Shown piece by piece: positions 1 through 8,177 of a stretch of 64,000 nucleotides of DNA. This DNA is from Myxococcota bacterium (lineage in GTDB: Bacteria; Myxococcota_A; UBA9160; SZUA-336). The translations under genes were made by a program, and so were the position numbers. Below the pieces are notes generated by a model that ran no database searches, was not told the DNA's origin, and worked only from the letters and a program-made list of their open reading frames with translations. Positions within the stretch are counted from its first letter, which is position 1, and each line of letters begins with the position of its first letter. The stretch covers positions 1 to 64,000 of the forward strand of contig CBDFGR010000003.1 in the NCBI GenBank assembly GCA_965247115.1, read 5' to 3'.

Positions 1-81
1 ACACCGCGCCCACGGACTCAGTAGAAAGATCCGCGCGACACTTGTGGGGCGGTGAATACGGAGCGGTGGATGGAGTGCTTG

Positions 82-379
82 TCACGCCGCGCCTTCGTCC
101 GCGCAGTTCGCACCGGAGTCGTCGAACTCGCCGAAGACAAGATCGACGGCCTTGATCTCGCCGTTCGAGTCAGCGATCGGCAGGCTCATCTTCACGCTGG
201 GAGTCGCGTCGCATGTGCTCGGGCGCGAGGTTCGGAATATCGCGGCGGTCTCGCGTGCCGCACATAGACTCGGCAAGATGAAACTCACCGATGACTGAGC
301 GAGCCCCTCTTGGATCGAACTGTACCGTCCCGATATCCGGAGGTGGATCGAGTCCCTTGGGCACCTGGAGTGACCTCAC
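82..379 (-). CDS. Chain of short, coupled phage hypothetical ORFs downstream of cro (about 170-379 and 82-189)
   Basis: GTGA start/stop overlaps at 376-379 and 82-85; no recognisable motif. Confidence 0.35.
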
Positions 380-606
380 GCGGCTCCCTCTGTGGCGGGT
401 TCGGCGGCGCTTACGCGGCGTCGCGCGGGAAAGTGGTCCTCTGGCCGGACTTTTCCTCCGGTGGCTGACGTGATTCGGGCCCAAACCCGACCCCGAACGT
501 CGCCTCCGTTGCAGACCCTGGAGACAGCGCTCTGGTAAATCCCAGAGCGCTTTGCAAAGGCGATCTGAGTCTCGTCTCGCTCAAATAGGTATTGCTCGAG
601 CCGCAT
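376..606 (-). CDS. Cro-like HTH regulator
   Basis: MRLEQYLFERDETQIAFAKRSGIYQSAVSRVCNG...RITSATGGKVRPED is a typical phage Cro/YdaS pattern; divergent from a CI-like gene. Confidence 0.85.
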   Translation of the reverse strand: MRLEQYLFERDETQIAFAKRSGIYQSAVSRVCNGGDVRGRVWARITSATGGKVRPEDHFPARRRVSAAEPATEGAA

Positions 607-621
607 CGGGAAGAGAGTTAT

Positions 622-680
622 CCTTATTTGGCTCAAGCGTCCATCTTTATTTGGCTGGACCTCCGCCTATCCAAATCGGG
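622..680. promoter_or_regulatory. Putative repressor operator sites between cro and cI
   Basis: CCTTATTTGGCT (622-633), CTTTATTTGGCT (645-656) and inverted CCCGATTTGGAT (669-680); the same motif recurs at 1312-1344. Confidence 0.65.
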
Positions 681-735
681 ATTCCCGCATTAACCTTTGA
701 GGTCGGGAGGTTTCGATGACTAAGCGGGGAAATAC

Positions 736-1304
736 GTGCCGTGGAAGCCGCGTCGCGTAGAGTTCGAGATGACCACGGGGAAACGAGCTGGCAACTCTTT
801 GGAGGACGTTCTCCGGGATCTAGTCGTCAAGGCGCGCGACGATCTGGGGATGAACCAGAAGGACTTTGCGAAGAATCTCGGGATCAGTCAGTCGGCCTTG
901 AGCAGATTCGAGAGCGATGCGCCCGAACCAGTCGGGGGAATTCTGAGCAGCTCAAATCGTCCGCGTTAACGAGGATTTGCGTTCTTCTCGATGAGAATCC
1001 TGTGAACTTTCTCATCGAACACCCACTGTACGACGGCGCGACGCGTGCCCGCATGACGTTTCCAAAGGACCATCTATACCGCCGCTACAACGCCCAGCTC
1101 AAAAACGCCGAAGCGCTGGGACTGCTTCCAAATCTCAAGCGGGCAAAGGACTTGGGAGTGTTCGAACAGGCGGTCGCTGCCGTCGCCAATGTCGTCGAGG
1201 CGGCGGAGGAATCCCGCGCCACTATGCCACCACTACAGCCACGCCCGGGTCCGCGTGATTCCCATCGTTCACCTAGATCGTCCCAAACTCGCCGATCCTC
1301 TTAG
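736..1304 (+). pseudogene. CI-like XRE HTH repressor split by a frameshift near 915-945
   Basis: Frame 736 gives KARDDLGMNQKDFAKNLGISQSALSRFE; the HTH continues as EQLKSSALTRICVLLDENPVNFL in the 741..1304 frame. Confidence 0.75.
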
Positions 1305-1311
1305 GTCAATT

Positions 1312-1351
1312 CCTAATTTGGGTTGAATCGATATCCAAATAAGGTTACATT
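1312..1351 (+). promoter_or_regulatory. Sigma70-type early promoter TTGAAT-N17-TACATT with overlapping inverted operator pair
   Basis: -35 at 1323-1328, -10 at 1346-1351; CCTAATTTGGGT (1312-1323) and ATCCAAATAAGG (1333-1344) are inverted copies; GGAGG precedes ATG 1382. Confidence 0.7.
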
Positions 1352-1381
1352 TGACCTCCGTCACCTACGACGGAGGCCTCG

Positions 1382-2191
1382 ATGCCCGATCCCGCCCCTT
1401 CCCCTCCCGACCCGAGGCATCCTCTCCCCGACCGTCTCGCCCAGCTGGACTCCCTGCACCTGAACACAGGTGCCTCCTCAAGCTTCGACGAAGGCCACTG
1501 CGCGCTCGAGGTGGTCGCCTGGCTCGCAGGGGAGGAGCACAGCGACCATCCGCAGTGCACGAGTGCCGTGGTCGGAGACTTCGTCCGCTGCTGGAATGAC
1601 AACCTTTTAGACGAGGATCGAGACCGTCTGCTCAAGCCCCTGCTCCCCCGCCTCGTGGGATCGGAAGGAGATCCCGACACGGAGCTCGCCCGCTCCTACC
1701 TAGCCCTCGACTGGCTCTGCCGGGTCCATACGCCCGCATGGCTGGATCTCGTGGAGAGTCTGAGCCCGCATGCCGCGAAGCTGCGCGGACTCGGCGAGAT
1801 CACGGACCTCGTTCGTGCAAGCGCGGCGCAGCCGATGATCCGTGCTGCGAGGGACGCTGCGGGGGACGCTGCGAGGGACGCTGTGGGGGCCGCTGCGGGG
1901 GACGCTGCGAGGGACGCTGTGGGGGCCGCTGCGGGGGCCGCTGCGAGGGTCGCTGCGTGGGACGCTGTGGGGGCCGCTGCGGGGGCCGCTGCGAGGGTCG
2001 CTGCGGGAGCCGCTGTGGGGGCCGCTGCGGGGGACGCTGCGAGGGTCGCTGCGGGAGCCGCGGCGGGGGCCGATGCGAGGGTCACCGCGTGGGACGCTGC
2101 GAGTGCCGCGCTCGAGCCGACCGTGCTCACGCTCCAGGATTCGGCACGCGATCTCGTTTGTCGAATGCTCGCGGTGGGGGAGTCCGCATGA
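1382..2191 (+). CDS. Phage hypothetical protein with Ala-rich tetrapeptide repeat tract
   Basis: CALEVVAWLAGEEHSDHPQC...RCWND N-terminal block followed by (DAAG/DAAR/AAAG)n; good RBS; ATGA overlap with next gene. Confidence 0.85.
   Translation: MPDPAPSPPDPRHPLPDRLAQLDSLHLNTGASSSFDEGHCALEVVAWLAGEEHSDHPQCTSAVVGDFVRCWNDNLLDEDRDRLLKPLLPRLVGSEGDPDTELARSYLALDWLCRVHTPAWLDLVESLSPHAAKLRGLGEITDLVRASAAQPMIRAARDAAGDAARDAVGAAAGDAARDAVGAAAGAAARVAAWDAVGAAAGAAARVAAGAAVGAAAGDAARVAAGAAAGADARVTAWDAASAALEPTVLTLQDSARDLVCRMLAVGESA
1851..2102 (+). repeat. 12-bp degenerate tandem repeat, about 21 units (GGG[A/C/T]CGCTG[C/T]GN)
   Basis: Read directly: gggacgctgcgg gggacgctgcga gggacgctgtgg gggccgctgcgg... Confidence 0.95.
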
Positions 2192-3090
2192 CTCCCTCCT
2201 CCCCTCTCCGCAGCGATCTGAAGAGATGGGCGAGAGAGTCGAAGCCAGGCGTCTACCGTGGCCTCTCCGAGACCGAGTACGACGCGATCGACGCGGTCCG
2301 CAGCACGAAGCTCAGCTACTTCGCCGACGGTAGGACGCCCGCGCACGCGAAGTACCTGATCGACCACCCTCCGCCCCCGAAGGATCACCTCGACATCGGC
2401 GCCGCTCTGCACTGCGCCGTGCTCGAGCCGGAGAAGTTCGACGACGAGTGGGTCGTCGCTCCTAAGGTCGACCGCCGCTACAAGAAGGACAAGGCCATCT
2501 GGGCCGAGTTCGAGGCGGAGAACGCGGGCAAGGGGATTCTGAAGCGCCAGGACATGAACCTGGTCTTGGCGATGCGCGACGGGGTCAACCGGAACGAGCT
2601 CGCGCGCCGGCTGCTGAAGGGGGCGGGGCAGAACGAGCTCACGCTTGTTTGGGAGGACGAGCAGTCGGGTCTGCTTTGCAAGGCGAGACTCGACCGGATC
2701 ACGGAGTACGAGGGCTACGTCATCGTCGTCGACCTGAAGACGACGGCGCGGCTCGCTTCCAAGGAAGCGTTCGCGCGAGCGATGGGAGACTTCGGCTACC
2801 ACCGTCAGGAGGCGTTCTACCGGATGGCGATGGACGCGCATTTCGGCGAGATGCCGCGTCGGTTCGTCTTCATCGTGATCGAGAAGGCGGCTCCGCACAT
2901 CGTCGCGACGCATGAGACCGGGCCGGAGTCTCTCGATGCGGGTCAGCGTGAAGTGCGCACGCATCTGACGGAGTACGCCGCGTGTACGGAGTCGGGCGTC
3001 TGGCCTGGATACGGAACGTCGACGCTACTGACCGAGCTGCCACCGTGGCGGCTGCGACGAGTCGAAAGAGACGAAGAGGTCGTGTTTTGA
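2188..3090 (+). CDS. RecE/exonuclease VIII-like PD-(D/E)XK nuclease (DUF3799 type)
   Basis: GAALHCAVLEP, CKARLD, VDLKTT, YHRQEAFY and FVFIVIEK motifs. Confidence 0.9.
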   Translation: MTPSSPLRSDLKRWARESKPGVYRGLSETEYDAIDAVRSTKLSYFADGRTPAHAKYLIDHPPPPKDHLDIGAALHCAVLEPEKFDDEWVVAPKVDRRYKKDKAIWAEFEAENAGKGILKRQDMNLVLAMRDGVNRNELARRLLKGAGQNELTLVWEDEQSGLLCKARLDRITEYEGYVIVVDLKTTARLASKEAFARAMGDFGYHRQEAFYRMAMDAHFGEMPRRFVFIVIEKAAPHIVATHETGPESLDAGQREVRTHLTEYAACTESGVWPGYGTSTLLTELPPWRLRRVERDEEVVF

Positions 3091-4163
3091 ACTGCAAGAG
3101 CTGCAACGCCCCGGAGGGCTCCCCGCACGGAACAAACTGCAAGGTTCACCCTCCGGGCTCCAGCGAAGAGAAGCCCGAGATGGAGGAGCAACGCGGGGTC
3201 GCCACGATCGACGATTCCACTGGGGCGATCGCGGACATGAGCGAGGGCGGGCTGCGTCCGACCAACGCAAAGGAGCTCGCCGCGCTCGCGAAGCAGGCGG
3301 CCCTCTCGAGCCTGGTTCCCGAGCCCTTCCGCAACAAGCCGAACGACTGCTTCGTCGCGATGGCGATGGGGAGAGAGATCGGCTTCGACGCGTTCCAGAG
3401 CTTGCAGATGTTTCACGTCGTCAAGGGGAAGGTAGGTCTTCCCGGCGAGGCGATGGTGGCGATCATCCGGAGTCGCGAAGAGTGCGAGTCGCTCAGGATG
3501 GGCACCGAGGGGTCGCTCGAGGATGGAAACCTTACGGGGTGGGTCGTCTCAAAGCGGCGCGGTCAATCTGAGAACGACAAGGTGACCTTCAGTCTAGAGG
3601 ACGCGATGCTGGCTGGGCTCTACCCCGGCAAGAAGGATCGCAACGGCGAGCCGAGCGTCTGGTCAAAGTACCCGAAGGACATGCTCATCTGGAAGGCCGT
3701 AGCGCGCGACTGCCGACGGAACTGGGCCGACATGACCCGGCGTGTTCCCGTCGCTGAGGACATGCCCGGCTACGGCGAGTCAAGGCTTGAGATCAACGTC
3801 ACACCGCCGCGCGAGGAGACTCCGACGGCGGACCCGGCTCGTGCACTCTTCGCGGGTGAGTCGATCGAGCCTGAGATCGTCGGACCCGAGGGGCCCGGCG
3901 GTCCCGCTGCACCGAACGCAGAGCCTGCGAACGCCGGGACGCCCTCTGACGATGCGAATGCAACGGGTCGCCCGGCTCCGAGTGAGGGATCCAGTGAGGC
4001 CACGCCGGAGCCGGGACTTCCCAACGAGGACGGCCCGAAGTTCTCGGCGCTACCCGAGGACTTCGACCCGAGTCGCGACAACTGCCCCGACTGCGAGCGC
4101 ACGGCTGATCTCGGTCACAACCCGGGGTGCTCCATCGCGAAGCTGCTGAAGGAGCAGAGGTGA
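3087..4163 (+). CDS. RecT/Red-beta-like single-strand annealing protein (start TTG 3087 or ATG 3180)
   Basis: LVPEPFRNKPNDC, GREIGFDAFQSLQ, WSKYPKDMLIWKA; directly after the RecE-like gene. Confidence 0.8.
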   Translation: MNCKSCNAPEGSPHGTNCKVHPPGSSEEKPEMEEQRGVATIDDSTGAIADMSEGGLRPTNAKELAALAKQAALSSLVPEPFRNKPNDCFVAMAMGREIGFDAFQSLQMFHVVKGKVGLPGEAMVAIIRSREECESLRMGTEGSLEDGNLTGWVVSKRRGQSENDKVTFSLEDAMLAGLYPGKKDRNGEPSVWSKYPKDMLIWKAVARDCRRNWADMTRRVPVAEDMPGYGESRLEINVTPPREETPTADPARALFAGESIEPEIVGPEGPGGPAAPNAEPANAGTPSDDANATGRPAPSEGSSEATPEPGLPNEDGPKFSALPEDFDPSRDNCPDCERTADLGHNPGCSIAKLLKEQR

Positions 4164-4348
4164 CACGAACCACCGACCAAGAGTTGGTCGACCGCGTCCC
4201 CTGTGAGGGCTCCGAGGACTGCGAGCAACTGGTCGATCGCGACGGCTTCCGTCTCTGCGCCGAGCATATGAAGGAGGCATGGGACGGGATGGAGGAAGCG
4301 GAGAACACGCCTCCGTCTCGCAGACCGAGGCGAAGAGATGGCAACTGA
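4160..4348 (+). CDS. Small phage protein with C-x5-C-x11-C-x2-H motif
   Basis: GTGA overlap with the recT-like stop; PCEGSEDC...LCAEH. Confidence 0.55.
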   Translation: MTRTTDQELVDRVPCEGSEDCEQLVDRDGFRLCAEHMKEAWDGMEEAENTPPSRRPRRRDGN

Positions 4349-4427
4349 GCCGACGGCTCGACTTGCCATGATCTGCGGTGTGGTCTGGTATGGTGCGATC
4401 CAGCTTGTGGGAACGCTCGTGCCATGA
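4338..4427 (+). CDS. 29-aa hydrophobic peptide (MATEPTARLAMICGVVWYGAIQLVGTLVP)
   Basis: Translated by hand; fills the gap between two genes and its stop overlaps the xis start (ATGA). Confidence 0.5.
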   Translation: MATEPTARLAMICGVVWYGAIQLVGTLVP

Positions 4428-4681
4428 AGGACCCGTGCTGGAGTCTCGATCAGTGTGCAGAGTTCCTTCAGTGCAGCACCAAGACCGTGCGAAAGATGAT
4501 GAGGGGCGGATTCCCGCACTTCTACGTGGGCCGGAGACCTCGGTTCCGTCCGGAGGCGGTAAGGGAGTGGGTGCATGAGCAAGAACGGAGTCGCCCCCAT
4601 AGCCTCACCGTCGCTGCGGATCGAATCCGGGAGTCCCGTGTCCAGGAGCGCATCCTGAGAAGAGCCGCCCGTGTCTCGTAA
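4424..4681 (+). CDS. xis: Excisionase-like HTH_17 protein
   Basis: SLDQCAEFLQCSTKTVRKMMRGGFP...GRRPRFRPEAVREW; overlaps the integrase start. Confidence 0.85.
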   Translation: MKDPCWSLDQCAEFLQCSTKTVRKMMRGGFPHFYVGRRPRFRPEAVREWVHEQERSRPHSLTVAADRIRESRVQERILRRAARVS

Positions 4682-6089
4682 GGCAGACGGCCCTCGAATC
4701 TTCAAGCGTGGCGCGCACTACTACGTGGAGTACGTAGAAGGCAACGAGATACTCATCCCCCGTCAGTCCCTCCGGACCAAAGACGCCGGGAAAGCAAGGG
4801 CCGCTGCGTCGAGGCTCATCCTGGAGTATGAAGAGCGCGGCTACACACCAGAGGGTGACGAGCTCCTCTTCCGAGACGCAGCCGCCGCCTACCTCAAGCA
4901 CGGGATGTCGAACCTGGCAGGTACAACGCAGGATGACCACAGAAATCATCTCCGTCTTGGCGGAATGCTGGACCGGGCTTTTGGCGACATCCCGATATCT
5001 CAACTCACGGATGAGTCGCTACTCCGGTGGTGGGAAGAGAGCATCGAGGGGAAGCGAGCGACAAGTACGGGACGGCGATATCTCGATAGCGTCTCGGCAA
5101 TTATGCGCCGAGCCCGTCGTCACCGGCTCATCGTGCACAATCCCGTCGTAGACTTTCAGGCCATTATCCGGGAGGAGAACAAGACCAAGAAGGGCAGAGC
5201 TCTAAGTGAGGCGGGGAAGCATGTCCGGCCTATTGAGGACCCCGCGGAAATCGAACGCATCCTTGCTTCGGCCCGAGAGGAGAGTCTAGAAGATCACGTG
5301 CTGGTGCTGCTCATGCTCGACGCTGGACTGCGCATCGGAGAAGCCATGCAGATCCGCTGGCGGGCAGTCAACTGGGGAGAGGACGAGAACGACCTAGGCC
5401 GCAGCCTCGAGATCTCGGAGTCGAACCCCAGAGGCATGTACCCCGGTGATCCACCCAAGAGTGGGAGGACGCGCTATGTGGATCTCTCCAGGCGGCTACG
5501 ACGGGTCCTGATGGAGCTCTACACACAAGAGTTCCGGCCCAGCCCGGATCGTGTCATTGTGCCGCGCGACCAGGGCAACTGGAGGCAGAGGCAGTGGCGC
5601 AGAATCCTGGCGCGTGCCGGGACCACTCGAGCGTGGCGACCGAAAGATCTGCGCGACACCTTCGCGAGCCAGCTGCTCTCGAATGGTCAGGAGCTCGTGC
5701 ACATCGCCGACCAGCTGGGCCATTCGTCCGTGGGCGTGACGGAGCGTCACTACACCAAGTACATCCGTCGCAAGAGGTATCAGCCGACACCGCCACTAGC
5801 CTATGGCGAGCTCCCGACGGACGCGCTGGCTCGGCTTGGCGCGCCCAATAAACGTCCACAAAGCGGACACTCGGGGTTTTCAGACCAACACGCTCCTGGC
5901 GACAGTGCAGAAACTGTTAGCAATGTCGCGGGCTTCCGTGGTGAGCGCGGCCGGGATCGAACCGGCGACCGGCGGATTCGGAGTCCGCGAGGCAGGATAC
6001 TGTCCATCACGAAGCCAGCCCGTCCGGGGCCATTAATCAGAGAAGCACTAAGAGGGCCGGGCTCATGGCAATTTCCTCGGCGCAAGTGA
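4671..6089 (+). CDS. int: Tyrosine integrase 1 with long C-terminal tail crossing an att core
   Basis: DAGLRIGE, PKS, KDLRDTFAS, QLGH, ERHY catalytic motifs. Confidence 0.95.
   Translation: MSRKADGPRIFKRGAHYYVEYVEGNEILIPRQSLRTKDAGKARAAASRLILEYEERGYTPEGDELLFRDAAAAYLKHGMSNLAGTTQDDHRNHLRLGGMLDRAFGDIPISQLTDESLLRWWEESIEGKRATSTGRRYLDSVSAIMRRARRHRLIVHNPVVDFQAIIREENKTKKGRALSEAGKHVRPIEDPAEIERILASAREESLEDHVLVLLMLDAGLRIGEAMQIRWRAVNWGEDENDLGRSLEISESNPRGMYPGDPPKSGRTRYVDLSRRLRRVLMELYTQEFRPSPDRVIVPRDQGNWRQRQWRRILARAGTTRAWRPKDLRDTFASQLLSNGQELVHIADQLGHSSVGVTERHYTKYIRRKRYQPTPPLAYGELPTDALARLGAPNKRPQSGHSGFSDQHAPGDSAETVSNVAGFRGERGRDRTGDRRIRSPRGRILSITKPARPGPLIREALRGPGSWQFPRRK
5939..5988 (-). repeat. 3' half of tRNA-Arg(CCG); att core
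   Basis: Minus strand folds as gcgga-ctCCGaa-tccgc, cggtc, gccgg-ttcgatc-ccggc, cgcgctc-a-cca; D-arm and 5' acceptor strand absent. Confidence 0.9.
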
Positions 6090-6099
6090 GGATACCCAC

Positions 6100-6627
6100 G
6101 TGCTAAGAGAGATCTTCGTGCGACCGATCGGGGGAAACAAGAAGCAGGTCTTGCGGGCGTTGGCGGTCTTGGCTGCGACCAGTTTGGTTGCCGCTACAGC
6201 CTTGGCAGAGGGTGCTGGGTTGATCTCTCTCGTTCGGCTCGTTGCCGTACCCGAGCAATACGATGGCCAGCTCGTTCAGACCATGGGCGTCATCACCTTT
6301 GAGCCTCGACTGACGATGCTCTATATCTCGCCGTCAGATGCAAAACACGCAGTGATGCCGAACGGGATTGTCGTCGAATTCACTGGTGGGGAGATTGATC
6401 TCGATTACGCCCGTCAGTTCGATGGGCAGTTCGTGTTCGTCCGGGGAGGTTTTCGATCGACCAAGGACGAATACCGGAACCTTCCCGCGGGAATTATCAG
6501 CAGTATTGAAGAGATCTACGGCGAGGAGAACTGGAACTATCTCGCCGTCAGATGCAAAACACGCAGTGATGCCGAAACGGGATTGTCGTCGAATTCACTG
6601 GTGGGGAGCAAGCAGACAACCTGCTGA
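6100..6627 (+). CDS. Secreted hypothetical protein (moron-like); C-terminus altered by a duplication
   Basis: Signal peptide LAVLAATSLVAATALA; visibly lower GC than flanks; last ~30 codons come from the repeat read in another frame. Confidence 0.7.
   Translation: MLREIFVRPIGGNKKQVLRALAVLAATSLVAATALAEGAGLISLVRLVAVPEQYDGQLVQTMGVITFEPRLTMLYISPSDAKHAVMPNGIVVEFTGGEIDLDYARQFDGQFVFVRGGFRSTKDEYRNLPAGIISSIEEIYGEENWNYLAVRCKTRSDAETGLSSNSLVGSKQTTC
6324..6608 (+). repeat. 70/71-bp direct repeat (6324-6393 and 6538-6608)
   Basis: tatctcgccgtcagatgcaaaacacgcagtgatgccga(a)acgggattgtcgtcgaattcactggtggggag; copies differ by one inserted A. Confidence 0.95.
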
Positions 6628-7074
6628 GGGTAGAGTGGCGTTGGCGCTGGATCCGGTTCCTCTACCACCGCGCGGTCTTCGTGGGCGGGAACTTCGGCGC
6701 CTACGATACCTGCGGACCGGAAGCGGGCGAGCGATGCCGGCACAACATGAGGATGCCGGACTGGATGCGTTCGCTGGCGCCATGAGCCTGCCTCTCTCGG
6801 AGCCGCACCAGATCGATTGGGTCAGCCGATCGGCCACCTCAGCGTAGTCGTCGTCGGACGCGAAGCACCAGTCCGGTACGCGCACGTCTTGCTCGAAGTT
6901 CCTGCGGAATTCCGCCATTAGCTGGCGCGCGGCCGCTCCCGCCTCCACCGGCGTTGACGGGCAAGACGTGGCGACGAGACTGCGACGGTTGGCGCAAGGA
7001 GGAGAGGGGGTTGAGGGACTCATGTATGCGAGGTCTGTTCATGGTACGCAGGCCCGGGGGTCGGGTGTTGGAAA

Positions 7075-7673
7075 CGGTCGGCCGCCTGCAGCGTCAGGAG
7101 CACGTCTACCGAACCCTCGTCATCGACACGATCGACCACGTCGAGCCTCTCGTCTGGGAGGAGACGTGTCGTCGCATGTCCGAGGGGGGGCGGAAGACGT
7201 ACGAGCACGTCGAGGATTTTGGGTATCAGAAGGGCTACCTGTTCGCCGATCGCGAGTGGACGCAGCTCTTTCACGCGCTGGACGCGATCCGACGCGACCC
7301 CGGCATGATGATCGTCGTGCTCTCCCACAACGAGAGCAAGACGTTCGAAGATCCGGTGATCGGTCCCTACGACCGCGTCACTCCGAAGCTCCACAAGCGA
7401 GCGAACGCGCTGCTCTACGAGTGGGCCGACATCGTCGGCTACCTGGAGATCCAGCGAGCCACGATCGAGAAGGAGGGCGCGAAGAGTCGGAAGGTGCGCA
7501 CCAGCGCCACAACCGGCACGCGCGAGCTCTTTCTCGAAGACACCGGAGCCTTCATCGCGAAGAACCGCTACGGGCTCCCCATCCGAATCGAGGTGCCCCA
7601 GGCCAACCCCTACACCCCGCTGCGCGAAGCGCTGAAGTTAGCGCTCGGAGTCCAGAAGCAGGAGGCCGCGTAA
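7075..7673 (+). pseudogene. Sak4-like/AAA_24 phage ATPase, 5'-truncated
   Basis: YRTLVIDTID (Walker B), FGYQKGY, VVLSH, EWADIVGY and AKNRYGLP present; no Walker A and unrelated sequence upstream. Confidence 0.8.
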
Positions 7674-8177
7674 ATGCCGCGTATCGGAGCAGCGTTACAC
7701 GATGTAGAGGACGACGACATGCCGAGAGACAGTTGGATCGCCCTCGAGTCCGGTGACTACCCGTTTATGATCACCGACACCGAGTACAAGAGCACTAAGG
7801 CCGGGAACGGGATGTGCCTGCACGTCACGTTGCATTGTATCCACCCGGATCACTCTCGAGTGGAACTGCGAGATTTCCTGACGCTCGAGCATCCCAATCC
7901 CGACACGGTTCGGATCGCAAAGGGTCGCCTGAAGCAGATCGGACTGGCCTGCAAAGTCAAGAACCCCGACTTCATCCAGGACAGCGAGGAGCTCCACAAC
8001 ATCCCGTTTGTCGCCAGCGTCTCGAAGGAAGAGGCACAGGATCCAAAGTACGGGGATGTGGACGGCTACGAGAACCGGATTGCCAAGTACAAGCAGATCG
8101 ACGGCAACGCCCCGATGTCCGAGCCACTGCCAGAGCAGTCGCAGCCTACTCAGGCCTCCGGCGACCTCCCCTTCTGA
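7674..8177 (+). CDS. DUF669-like phage single-stranded DNA-binding protein
   Basis: GDYPFMITDTEYKSTKAGNG, acidic tail ending GDLPF; follows the Sak4-like gene. Confidence 0.85.
   Translation: MPRIGAALHDVEDDDMPRDSWIALESGDYPFMITDTEYKSTKAGNGMCLHVTLHCIHPDHSRVELRDFLTLEHPNPDTVRIAKGRLKQIGLACKVKNPDFIQDSEELHNIPFVASVSKEEAQDPKYGDVDGYENRIAKYKQIDGNAPMSEPLPEQSQPTQASGDLPF

Noticed and set aside
1851..2102. Tandem repeat as a CRISPR array
   Set aside because: Contiguous 12-bp coding units with no unique spacers
5939..6015. Complete tRNA-Arg gene
   Set aside because: No D-arm or GAGCGCG 5' acceptor strand; only the 3' 50 nt are present
6324..6608. Repeat pair as a diversity-generating retroelement TR/VR
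   Set aside because: Copies differ by one indel, not adenine-specific substitutions, and no reverse transcriptase is in the window
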